64,000 bases of DNA, from NCBI RefSeq assembly GCF_008831285.2, contig NC_045138.2:38626001-38690000 (forward strand). Reading direction: 5' to 3'. Position 1 is the stretch's first letter, and each line of letters starts with the position of its first letter. Below the pieces are notes generated by a model. The model saw nothing but the letters and a program-made list of their open reading frames with translations, was not told the DNA's origin and did no database searches. The position numbers and the translations under genes were made by a program. The stretch is from Nymphaea colorata. Its lineage: Eukaryota. Shown piece by piece: positions 37,901 through 50,472 of this stretch.

Positions 37901-40150
37901 AAGTTTTGAGATGCCACTCATCAATTTCTTCAATTTTTTTAAACGATTTTCCTTCTGTGCTTTCGTATTATGTACCATATCCTTGGATTCTGGAAAAACG
38001 GTGCTCAATCGTGAGATAACAGCATGCCCTTGTCAAAAGCGTCTGAGAAAACATCAAATTGATTAGATCTATTCTGGGTTCACCATTTGTCATCAATACA
38101 TCTGTTCTACAGATGAAATTTGCGACACCAAGAGGACATCTTATTCTGAAAGTCATCACGTAGAAAGAAAGGGAGAGATGAATGTTAGTGCTGGCTCCAG
38201 CGTTAATCAATTACTCGATCAAGTGACTGTGGAGGAACAGAGCCTGCATTTCAACGTGCACCTATAATTTGTTGGTGAACCAAGTTTCAGGGTAAGGATG
38301 GGTTGGTGGATTATGGGCATCCATGAGATTAAAATTTTGAAACTATAGTTTGGCCTTTGCGACAAAAAATTCATGGCTCGGCCCGGCCCCTGTTGAGGTG
38401 GGTCTCACATTATATCAACTTCGATCCATGGTAGGGATCCATGGTAGGGTAGTTCAGATCCCCCTTAGGAAAATTTGGTACGCCAACCAAAATCTCGCAA
38501 CTTAATTCAAAACATACCTGCATCGGATAGAGAACAGATAACGACGGGTATAGGTCCATGTGAGATTGGCGAGTCACTCGGACATGATATCCCTGGAAAA
38601 TTGAGATCCGAGATTTTTTAAATTCTCGTTTGGGATTTGGAAGAAAAAAAAATCCCATATCCAGTCTTGACCCCACGACCTGCTTGACCAAGCCTCCCCT
38701 CACAAAACTGGAGAAGAAGGGGCAGACTTTTCCACCAACTGAAAAGGGGGCGATTGGGTGTGGGATTATGGATATGGGCCCGGACACAGTTTATGGTGGA
38801 CCCGAATGAGCTTCAAGAAATTTGAATGTTCAGACTTGAGTTGATAGACAAAGATGTGCTCCTATCTTTGTCTTGAGCCCCTGTTTCTATAGATGATGTG
38901 GACTGAAAATCACAGCCACAGACATTGACAAAATAAGATTTTAGATTTTCTTAAAAAAAGTGATGTTTTGGGGTCACAATCTAGATCTTTCAAATTATAG
39001 AAAGATTCATGGGGTCCTGTAATTTCACTAGAATGAGATTGTGACTGCAATTCTTGGGCTTTCAAGTGGGCTCAAGGCGAAGACCGGAGAACGCGGCCAT
39101 GGCACCATATTGGCGTCACCTCGCGCCGGACTGGCCGAGCAACCAGGTGGGTAGCCTGCCTGAACCCGGCCGGGGGGTAGCTGGTGCTGGTGCTGTTGCT
39201 GGTTGGGGAAGGTTAGATGGTTAACTGCAAGAAATGCACATGAGTTTCACAAGACGGGAAGCTAGTCCACACATCATTTAAGCCTCAACCTCTCTCTTTC
39301 CCTTATGTCGATATCCATTCAATGCACGTCAAAGGATGGATCTGGATTCTGGACCCACTTCATTGAAGTATATCCAATCCTATCTTTCAAAAGAGAAGTA
39401 AAAAGCTAAACAAATGTAAACCTGAGTGATCCAAATCCGAAAATCGGGTTGAGATCCAAAAAAAAAAAAGGGACATGATATCTACCAACCGGTCCAAACC
39501 AAACAAAAGAACAACGTGGTGGGGAGGTTGGTTGGTGTTTTAAGCAAATATGGTTCAGAACGGATCCAGATTTAAAAGCAGGGTCTCATTTGGACTTGTT
39601 CGGTCCATAACATCCAACTTTGATATTAAATCTTCTAAAATTCTTTACATTCTCATATTCTCATATATTATATGTATTTAGAAACACATGTATCTAAGAT
39701 ATATTTGAAGATGTAAACGGATGATATACACATATTGAAAAGATTATTAATATGAAGCAATTGGACTTATGAAATTTAGTACATGACATATGAAGCAGTT
39801 GACTGCGTGCCTTATTTTCATTTCAAAAATTATAAACTAAACATTCACATCAGCAGTTCAGGCTGACAATTTCTGTCCATGAAATACATGATCAAATGGA
39901 TAATATTCTTAGGTTTTAATAATTTAATTTAAACTGAATTTGGGTGGTCAACGTCACAAGAAAAAAAAAAAAAACCTTAATTCTCTTTGGATATGGTCCC
40001 CAACTATGCATAAAGTCTCTCTCTTTCTCTATCTCTGTTTTGCGTGCACACAAACGCATGTACAGTGATCGCTCTCTCATATAATCCTTCAATAGTGACT
40101 CTGGATGTCCAATCATTTCCATTTCCATCAGGCGCCCTTAAGTTCTTTAA

Positions 40151-40302
<152 letters not shown>

Positions 40303-42461
40303 AAAAAAAAAAAAGAAAGAAAGAAAGAAAAGAGAGTGAGAACAAATAAAATGAGAATATATAACAAAATTTGAGGACAAGAGGTCCCTTAAATACAAAA
40401 ACAATCCACAAAAACAAAAACAAAAAGATGAAATATACAATACAAAACACAACACAGTAAAATAAGAGAGGCGGGGAGAGAGAGAAAGAGAGAGTTGCAA
40501 CAGCAAATTCATAGTATTTGATATATATATATATATATAAAGAGAGAGAGAGAGAGAATTTTTACAAACAGCAAATTTAAAGTACTTGATATAGAGACGG
40601 CATAGTTAATTTTCAATTTCTTTCATTAACCACGTTTGATCAAGTATTTTAGGTGGTTAAAATAAAAAATATATTTTAATATGTATATATATAGTCGTCA
40701 ATGGGTTATTGTTTTTTAACAGTATGCCGTTTGGTACATTGGCAGGCAGATAATTAATCGCTTTAATAGCTAATTAAGAAGACTTAACTTTTTAATCAAT
40801 TGCATGTTCCTTCTCTTTATATTGATTTATTTGGGGAGAGGAAGACCGGGTCAAAGGGAGAGGCGGACCCGTTTCTGGAAGTTAATTTGGACCAAATTAA
40901 TGTTAATGTCGGTTGGTACCAGTTGATGCAGGCCAGGTAGAAAGATACTGCTTCAGATTGGCTGGTACATTAATGAACTAATAATAATAAAATAATTTTA
41001 TATTAATAGTTTGATATAAAATATAAAAAATGATATTTACAAAAACATTGAGAAGATAAATGAGGTCGAAATGCATATTAGTTTCCAGAAAGAAAATAAA
41101 AAAGAAGGGAAAATTCGATGTTTTGGTTCCTAATTCGGGTCAAATAAAGATGGATCCAGATTTTGGCCCGGCCCAATTAATTTTCCTTTTTGGATCCATT
41201 ACTTTTTTTATTGTGGTCTTGGGTTGGGTTAGAAGGAAAATTCCTCAATGAAGGTAGATTTTGGATATGGGGAAATGAATATACTTATTCGACCCGAGGG
41301 AGCAAGGGACATTCTTTTCTGAAATGGACATGGAAGAAAAGGATCAGAACTTGGAATTGTTTGATAAAGATGCAGCTGGACCGGGTCAAATCCAGAGTCA
41401 GACCCGATTAGGCTCCCATGACAATCACACTAGACCTCTTAAAAAAAATGCTTACCATCTACGCAAAAAACTAGTCACTTTTCAACTTTTAAAAGTGGAC
41501 GGATCGACACCCCGTCTTTGAGAAATATATTATTTATTTACAACCATAAAACGAAGAATGGCATCATTTAATTTTCATGTAAAAGGTTAATATGTTTTGC
41601 TGGTAGACAACTCTTTAAGAATTTCTTTCAAAAGCTGAGCACCAATTTGTATTAACTTTGAAACGCGACATTACTTTGTTATTTGCTCATATGTTAGGTT
41701 TTTTCTTGTAATTTTTTTTTTTTTATATCATTTACACCTACCTTTTACTAAATAATGGGCTTGAATTAAATTTTATAAAACCGAAACCAAGCACCGTTTA
41801 ATTTATATTCAACTTGCTACCTGTACTTATCCTTTACGCTATCATGATCTCGAATAGTGGTGCTTTTGAGAGTCAGTAGCTTGTCTTATTTCTTATATCA
41901 TCTTTTGTCCCCATTTTTCCGATTTTTTTTTTTAAAATAAGAGGACACGTGTCTTGTTCTCATGGTGCCGATAATATATCTCTCTCTCTCTCTCTCTCTA
42001 ATCAGAACAATTTTTTTTTGTTTTTTTCTTTTATTTTATTTTTTATGTTTTCATAATACATACCTATACATAGACATATATCTAATAATTCCTTCCTTCT
42101 AGAAGATACCGACAATTAAGAGTGATGGCGCCTTTTTCTCTCCTAGTAGATGGCCACCCACATATCATCCAATTATTTCAATGAAGAAATGCTAGGAGGT
42201 AGGCTTCTTACCTTTTATTCATATTATTGATTTACTCATTAGGAACCGTGTGACATTAAGAAAAAGAGAGGAATTTTTGTATATATATATATATATTCAT
42301 TCAATTGTTATGAGATATTCAACTGATTAAAAACAAAAGAATTATCGAAATATAATAATAAGAAATAGAATAATATTCAGTTTGGCTGTCTTACTCGGAA
42401 GAAATTTATTAGTCGCCTCTCTTTTGTTAGCTAGCAATTGTTTTTATGCAAGACAACCTGC

Positions 42462-42464
<3 letters not shown>

Positions 42465-42514
<50 letters not shown>

Positions 42515-42533
42515 ATATATATATATATATATA
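42465..42533. repeat. (CT)n(AT)n microsatellite
   Basis: Read directly. Other (AT)n tracts occur at ~2113-2141, 14502-14534 and 21798-21857. Confidence 0.95.
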
Positions 42534-43994
42534 GGTAATGAGTAGTTAAACTCAATTTGCTTTGGGATATCTGGTCCAAATTTGAACCGATAGGATTTGG
42601 ATCATCAAGGCCTAAACATGCGGCAGAAGCGATTCTTGCGTGCACCGAAGATGAGCTTTCACCCGGTTTTATTATAATCAGTACGTCAAATTTGAAATTG
42701 GATCTAGAAGAGCATAGATTCTGGATCCACGATCCGATAGAACATTGCTTGAAGGCGATGCATCTGGACCGTAGATCCATGGGGAAGCATACTAGAGTCA
42801 ACCCTGCACCAGCTCGGACCTGCCCGCCAAACAAGATCTCCGGTGACGCCAGATCCAATCTCACCTTGAACAGCGGGTCTTGGAATGATTTGGATTCAGG
42901 TCGGATGTTTGATTACCTCAACCTGATGGGAACTTCAAATGCTTAGATTTTCAAACCCCTGAATATAAAATCAGATCATGCGCCCCCTCCTCCAATCTTA
43001 TAAGGGTTTTTTTTTTTTTTTTTTTAAATGGAAAATTGTAAGATCTTTGATCAGAGTTCAAGTCTGACTTGACTTATTCGCTTTGTTAAACCGTTGACTG
43101 CGTCGGCACATCAGATCCACCACGGATTTGAGTTCGGCGATATCTGAAATTCGTGTTGGATTTGGAGACTTCCTTCCAAACCCATCAATTCTTAGGTCCT
43201 GGTTTTTGACATTACCTGGATCTAGAATTTCTTGTATTCAGATTATCTTAAAATGGTTCAAATAGATAATCAGCCTCCTCATTTGATCTGAGGTCCAAGT
43301 TCGCTAAGCCTCTAGCGTTTTCAATTTTGACTGGGTGGATCTAAAATTCTTGTGAACCTCATATCTAATCCTTCTCGTTTGAAAAAATGTGCTTAGCAAC
43401 AATTGATTATTGATCAAATTTAGATTCAAGATAAGTTGCGCAATTGAGTTTGAATAAAAATTTAACGTAAACATATTAGATCGTCATGAAATTTCTAGCT
43501 AATGATTCAAAAATTTAAACCCGGAAATTTTAAAACAAGATCACACTCGCTTCTACCAAATTAGCGTCCACTCGATTAAGACGAATTTGGCAAAGAGTAG
43601 CGCCCACGGGAATCAGAACTGTTAACTTCACTTAACGAGAACAAAAGGTTGACAAATCTAAATCGGACCCATCGGCGACGCCAAATTGAGAGGTCAGCCA
43701 ACGGTTAGTGTTTAAAAACAGAACGGAACAAAGTTGGTAGCTGAGAAAGAGTGGTTCCCAAGAAATGTAGTGGTAAAGGAAGGGGGGGAAGATGACGAAA
43801 GTGTGAGCACATCATGAAATCCAGAAAAATTGGAGACCCGAGTTTGTAATTTTGGGTTAGAGTTAGGTGGACCTGTGAAAATCTGGCCCCTCGCCGGCTG
43901 TTGGGAATCGGGTGATTGAGCAGGTGGAGGAAAAGGAGGCGCTGTCGCCGTGGGTCTGCAGTGTTTGACCAGCCAATCGCCGGTCAGCTGACTT

Positions 43995-44006
43995 TGCCAC
44001 GTGGCA
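43995..44006. promoter_or_regulatory. Perfect palindromic G-box TGCCACGTGGCA upstream of the ALA gene
   Basis: Exact 12-bp palindrome in a GC-rich promoter-like block about 1.1 kb before the ATG, with CCAAT nearby at ~43974. Confidence 0.5.
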
Positions 44007-45075
44007 CGGTGATCCTAGTCGTCGTTCTTCGGCTTGGCCTCCCTCTCTGCCGGCGTGTGATCGGTTTTCCGTCTGCTCTCGTTCGATGGGAACCGAAAGA
44101 GCCACTGGTTCACTGCTACCAACGGTTCGTTTTCTCTCAGAAAACGCACTTCAAATTGATCCATGGGGGAAGGAAGAAAGAGAGACAGAGAGAGATGCGC
44201 CTGTGTCTTCATGGTTTCGTGTTAATCACCCCTCCTCTTAAACAACAGTAGTTCCCTGCTCCCCACGTTATTTATGTTTGCAATAGTTTAGTCGTTTTTA
44301 AGCCAAATTCACGTGCTTACCAGGGAGAAAGAGAAAGAGAAAGAGAAAGAGAGCAGAAGTTTTTTTTTGGGATTATTTTTTGTGAGGTCCTTTGAGTTTT
44401 CTCTTTCGTTTTTGTGTGGTTTTTTGAGTTGGGGGGGAATATTAAAATCGTGATTTCTTCGAGTAAACTTCTAGAGAACTACGTCAGCTACTCTCTCTCT
44501 CTCTCTCTCTTTTTTTTTTGCTATTTCAAATAAATGGGTCTTCATTTATTGGTGTGGCTGTGAGAGATCAAGGGAAGGATGTAGGTGGGAAGAAAGGTGG
44601 TTGGATTTTTGATTTCTACTTGCGTCAAAATCCAAACCTAACCCTTAGAAATGCACCCCGTTTCGTGACTTCTTTTCGGTTCCGTCGTCACCGTTTCCTC
44701 TACTCATGCTGAGAGAAGTCACGCCTACTCGAACAATTCTCTGGTCAACGAAGCTCCCCATGAAGCAGCCTCCTTTCTTTGACAAAGAATTCCATCATAC
44801 TGCAGCTTCCATTTGGAGACCTACATTGTCTGGGCGTCTTTGGTTTTTTGATGTAGGTTTATGGTTTTTGACAGAGACTGGTAGCTTTTCTTTCAATGCT
44901 TGAAGAAAAGTCCGAGGGAGGTGAAGAAATCTCCTTCCTTCTTGTTATAATTTTCTTTAGTTCGGAGGAGAATGAAGAAAGGTTTCTGCTTCAGCAAGGT
45001 ATATTGAGATAGGACCAGCAGGCTTCCCTTCTGCTCCCCTTCTTTTCTGAAAGTGGGTGCTGTAAATTTGAAGAG

Positions 45076-48000
45076 ATGGGTGGCGGGGGCGGCAGGAAAG
45101 GGGTGAATTTTAGCAAGATCTACACATTTGCTTGCGGCAAGTCTTCTCTGAAGAACGACCATTTAGAGATTGGAGGGCCGGGCTACTCGAGAGTAGTCTT
45201 CTGTAATGATCCTGACCGTGCTGAAGCTGCTCTCAGAAATTATGCCTCCAATTATGTGTCTACGACAAAGTATACATTGCCTACTTTCATACCCAAGTCA
45301 TTGTTTGAGCAATTCAGGAGGGTGGCGAACATTTACTTTCTTCTTTCTGCTTGTTTGTCGTTCGCTCCATTTTCTCCTTATAGTGCTGTTAGTTCTGTCT
45401 TGCCTCTGCTCTTTGTTATTGGCGTCACCATGCTCAAGGAAGCTGTGGAAGATTGGAGGAGATTCGAACAGGTATATAATTATATCTCTGCGTCCTCCCC
45501 ACCTGTAGATTCCTATTCAGAGTAAACCGACCTCCATCTTGAAGCCAAAGGATTCAAATCGATGAAACTGTTGCTTGATTTCGTCTGATTTTGCTTCCGA
45601 TGAATCTCTCTGTCTCTCTGTCGCTCTTTCTGTGCTTTTATTAATTATTAATGATATAGTCTGGTGCGTGGCAGGATGCTCATGCAAAAGCTTTATTATG
45701 GCAGATGTCATTTTTTACTGGAGGTTTTAAGACTTTAAGCTATAATACTTTCGTTTCATAAAATTTTACGATACCCTCTAAGCTATTTATGTCAGTGGGT
45801 TAGGCTGATCGGTGACGAAAAAAGGCGTCCGTGTATCTGCCAACTAATTCACCGTGAAGGAATTTCATGCTGCTGGTCCCCGTTTCTTTCCTTTCGTTCT
45901 TACAGAATTGGAATGTAACAGAGGAACTTTCAGAGCTTTACAAAAAGTTAATGTCTTCTTGGTCCCATTCGTGTCCATAGCCTAATAATTTTTATGATAC
46001 GAGAGTCGTCTGTGGCACCATTAGCTAATATTTGATGTCTGAAAGTGTCGCAGGATATTGAAGTTAACAATCGAAAGGTTAAAGTGCACCGCGGGGACGG
46101 AAATTTCGAGTACACTGAGTGGAAAAAATTGAAGGTTGGAGATGTTGTGAAGGTGGAGAAGGATGATTTCTTTCCGGCTGATCTCCTATTGCTTTCATCT
46201 AGTTACGAAGATGCAATATGTTACGTGGAGACGACGAATCTTGATGGTGAGACGAATTTGAAGTTGAAGCAAGCACTAGAGGTGACTTCTAGCTTGAACG
46301 GAGAATCTAGTTTCACCCAATTTAAGGCGGTGATCAAGTGTGAAGACCCAAATGCGAACCTCTATTCCTTTGTAGGCAGCATGTACTACGAAGACGAGCA
46401 GTACCCTCTGTCACCTCTGCAAATTCTTCTTAGGGATTCAAAGCTCCGTAACACTGATTACATCTATGGTGTTGTCATTTTCACCGGACATGACACAAAG
46501 GTGATTCAGAATTCTACTGACCCACCTTCCAAAAGGAGCAAAGTTGAAAGGAAAATGGATAAAATTGTTTATTTTCTGTTTGCTATGTTAGTTGTGATAT
46601 CTGCTATTGGCTCCATCTTTTTTGGCGTCTGGACACATGAGGACCTCAGGAACGGGAAGATGAAGAGATGGTACCTCAGACCAGATATAACCACGATATA
46701 TTATGATCCAAAAAGGGCAGCCGCAGCAGCTCTCTTCCATTTCCTCACAGCCTTGATGTTGTACAGCTACTTTATCCCCATATCCCTCTATGTGTCCATT
46801 GAAATTGTTAAAGTGCTTCAAAGCGTTTTCATCAACCGCGACCAGAAAATGTATTATGAGGAGTATGACAAGCCTGCACATGCTCGAACATCAAATTTGA
46901 ATGAGGAGCTTGGTCAAGTTGACACTGTACTCTCCGACAAGACGGGTACTCTGACATGCAATTCCATGGAGTTCTTGAAGTGCTCTGTAGCTGGTGTAGC
47001 TTATGGCCGTGGCATAACAGAGGTTGAGAGAGCCATGGCCAAAAGAAAAGGATCACCCATTACACAAGAGATCTCATCATCGGAGACTGGAGATGATGAC
47101 AGTATGGATACAAAATCATCGGTTAAAGGCTTCAATTTTAGTGATGAAAGGATTATGAATGGCAGCTGGATTAATCAACCACATCCGGACATCCTTCAGA
47201 TGTTTTTTCGCGTACTAGCCATATGCCACACTGCCATTCCTGAATTTGATGAAGGGACTGGCAAGGTTACTTATGAAGCTGAATCACCAGACGAGGCTGC
47301 TTTTGTGATTGCAGCAAGAGAGATAGGTTTTGAGTTTTTCAAAAGGACACAAACAAGTATCTCATTGCATGAGTTGGATCCCATATCTGGAAATAAAGTT
47401 GAGAGGTCAGAACTGCATTTGATTCTTTTACTCTGAATTGTTTCCTTTTGTGCACTCTTGTTTTTATTAGTTTTAATAATGTAAGTTAAGGCTGTGATTG
47501 ACTTTCTTTCTATAGGTCATATACGCTGTTGAATGTTATAGAATTCAGCAGCTCTCGGAAGCGAATGTCTGTAATAGTTAAAAATGAACAAAACCAGATA
47601 CTTCTTCTCTCCAAGGGTGCTGACAGGTTAGTGAAAATGTGCCAAGAGGTCTATTCTGTCAGTACTGTTTTTCAGTGAAAACAGCTGATGTTTTTTTCTT
47701 GTCCTTACTCTCCTCTTTGTAACTACTCAGTTTTTAACATGTCCATGAGCAGTGTCATGTTTGAAAGACTTGCAAAAAAGGGACAGGATTTTGAGGAGAA
47801 AACAAGAGAGCACATCAATGAGTATGCTGATGCGGGTTTGAGGACTCTGGTGGTTGCATATCGTGAACTTGATGAAGAAGAGTACAAGAACTTCAGTGAA
47901 GAACTTCTTCAAGCTAAGAATTCGGTCAGTGCAGATCGAGATGAGAAAGTTGACGAAGTGGCTGATAAAATAGAGAGGGATTTGATTCTTCTTGGGGCAA

Positions 48001-50472
48001 CTGCTGTGGAGGACAAATTGCAGAAAGGGGTCTGCAACTGATCTGATAAATGCATTTAAGCAGTTTTTTCTGTAATTTTTATAGTTTATTTATTTATGTT
48101 CTTTTTTATTTTAGGTTCCTGAATGCATTGACAAGCTAGCTCAAGCAGGAATCAAGATATGGGTTTTAACTGGAGACAAGATGGAAACTGCAATCAATAT
48201 TGGGTATACTTACAATCATTTTGAGTGACTGTAACCATAATTTTTTGTCAAATCTTTTCTCACATTTTCACTGCTTCTGGTATGTTTCCAGCTTTGCATG
48301 TAGCCTGCTGAGGGAAGGAATGGAACAAATAATTATCACTTTGGATGCACCAGACATAATACAGTTGGAGAAACAGGGAGACAAGGATGCAATTGCTAAG
48401 GTATGTAATCGGATGCTTGCATTATCAGGAAGATGTTTGTACTTTTATGTGGCCCGTTGTAGTTTATCAACTCATTTTTGGCAGCTAAACCTGGCTCCCT
48501 AACGCAATCTGGTTTCCTACAGGGCATAGCCGTTCACTATTGAGTTGTTAGGGGTGTATGAGATCCTTTGAGGCATCTGCTATGGGATATTAGTGATAGA
48601 ATCTTGTTTCTCGTTCAACTCATTTGATGAGGACATTATTTCATGTTATTGTTAACTGCACACTTCTAACTTGCCAATTTTGTGGACCCTGTCAGGCGTC
48701 AAAGGAGAGTGTAGTCCAGCAGATAAATGCAGGGAAGTCTCAATTAGTATCTTTGGCAGAAAGTACAGATGTATTTGCATTGATAATTGATGGAAAGTCC
48801 TTGGCATTTGCTCTCGAAGAAGACACCAAAGACAAATTTCTAGAAATGGCTATAGGCTGCACATCAGTTATTTGCTGTCGTTCATCCCCTAAACAGAAAG
48901 CACTTGTGAGTAAATTTATGACGCTGCTTGTCATAATGCATCTAATCACTGGCTAAATACCTATACCATGACAAAAATTTATTCAGGTCACGAGGCTGGT
49001 CAAAGAAGGAACAGGGAAGACAACTTTAGCCATTGGTGATGGAGCTAATGATGTGGGTATGCTCCAAGAAGCAGACATTGGAGTTGGAATCAGTGGTGTC
49101 GAAGGAATGCAGGCAGGTTATCCTATATTTTCAGTGTCTTCGTGTGTAGATTCAATTGCTTAGATTCTAATCTGTGAAAGTTCACTTCTGTGTGTACCTT
49201 TTACCTGCTATTTTGCTTCCCTCGCTAGAATTACCTCCCTTCTCAGCTCGTCCTTTTTTCCTTTTATGATCTTTCTTGGTGACGAGTTGTTAAAAATATC
49301 AGGCAGTAATGTCGAGTGATGTAGCTATTGCCCAGTTCCGTTTTCTAGAGCGATTACTGCTGGTCCATGGACATTGGTGCTACAGGAGAATCTCTTCAAT
49401 GGTACATCCGTTTGCAAAACTGAACTAAAAATTTTCTGTACCACTGTGTTCCTTTAATGATACGTTGTTACTGATACATTGCAGATATGCTACTTCTTTT
49501 ATAAGAACATCGTATTTGGTTTCACACTTTTCCTGTATGAGGCTTATGCATCATTTTCGGGACAAACTCTCTATGATGACTGGTATCTGTCATTTTACAA
49601 CGTCTTCTTCACGTCGCTTCCTGTTGTTGCCTTGGGTGTTTTTGATCAAGATGTTTCAGCACGGCTTTGTCTTCAGGTAAGTTCAGAGCTCAGCATTGGA
49701 CAGATCAAAATTTTGCATAAGTTCAGAGCTTAGCATTGGACAGATCAAAATTTTGCACATCTCGAAAAGGAACTGCACTTTTAACAGAATTCATTAATTT
49801 GCTGTCGTGAGATCTTGATTTTTTGTTAATTGGTGTTTGCAGTTCCCACTCTTATACCAAGAAGGGGTCCAAAATGTTCTGTTCAGTTGGCTTCGGATTC
49901 TCAGCTGGGCTCTAAACGGAACTTACAATGCCATAATTGTCTTCTTTTTGGGATCAAGCGCCTTTCGGTATCAGGCCTTCCGAGAAGGTGGTGAAGTTGC
50001 CGGAAGGTATATCTTTGGCACGGCCATGTACACATGCGTAGTGTGGATTGTAAACTGCCAAATGGCACTTGCTGTGAGCTACTTCACATGGATACAGCAT
50101 TTGTTCATATGGGGAAGTATAGTAATATGGTACCTTTTCCTTTTGGCCTATGGCTCAATGACACCAACGATATCTACTGGTGCATACCAAATATTGGTGG
50201 AAGCTTGCGGCCCTGCACCTTCTTTCTGGCTCGTTACCTCCCTCATAATTGTCTCTGCTCTCATTCCATATGTTGTATATTCATCCATTCAGAGGAAATT
50301 CTTCCCCATGTACCATGAAACAATCCAAAAGATAAGATTGGAAAGGACATATGATGACCCAGAGTACTCTGAGTTGGTGAGATCGAGCTCCTCCAATCTG
50401 AACACTGTTGGTTTCACTGCAAGACGAGAGGCAAAAGCAAATGGCAAGAAGAAAGTTCAGGAGAAGAAATAA
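45076..50472 (+). CDS. ALA: Phospholipid-transporting P4-type ATPase (aminophospholipid flippase, ALA8-12-like), ~1196 aa
   Basis: Exons 45076-45471, 46054-47405, 47516-47626, 47753-48029, 48115-48203, 48292-48400, 48696-48905, 48987-49112, 49303-49401, 49485-49676, 49843-50472 (3591 nt, in frame). Motifs [52 protein letters not shown] and CYFFYKN. Confidence 0.97.
49678..49757. repeat. 40-bp tandem duplication at the 5' end of the last ALA intron
   Basis: TAAGTTCAGAGCT(C/T)AGCATTGGACAGATCAAAATTTTGCA x2. Confidence 0.9.

Noticed and set aside
43793..43810. TGACGAAAGTGTGAGCAC, resembling miR156
   Set aside because: Several mismatches and indels relative to miR156, and no complementary star arm found nearby.
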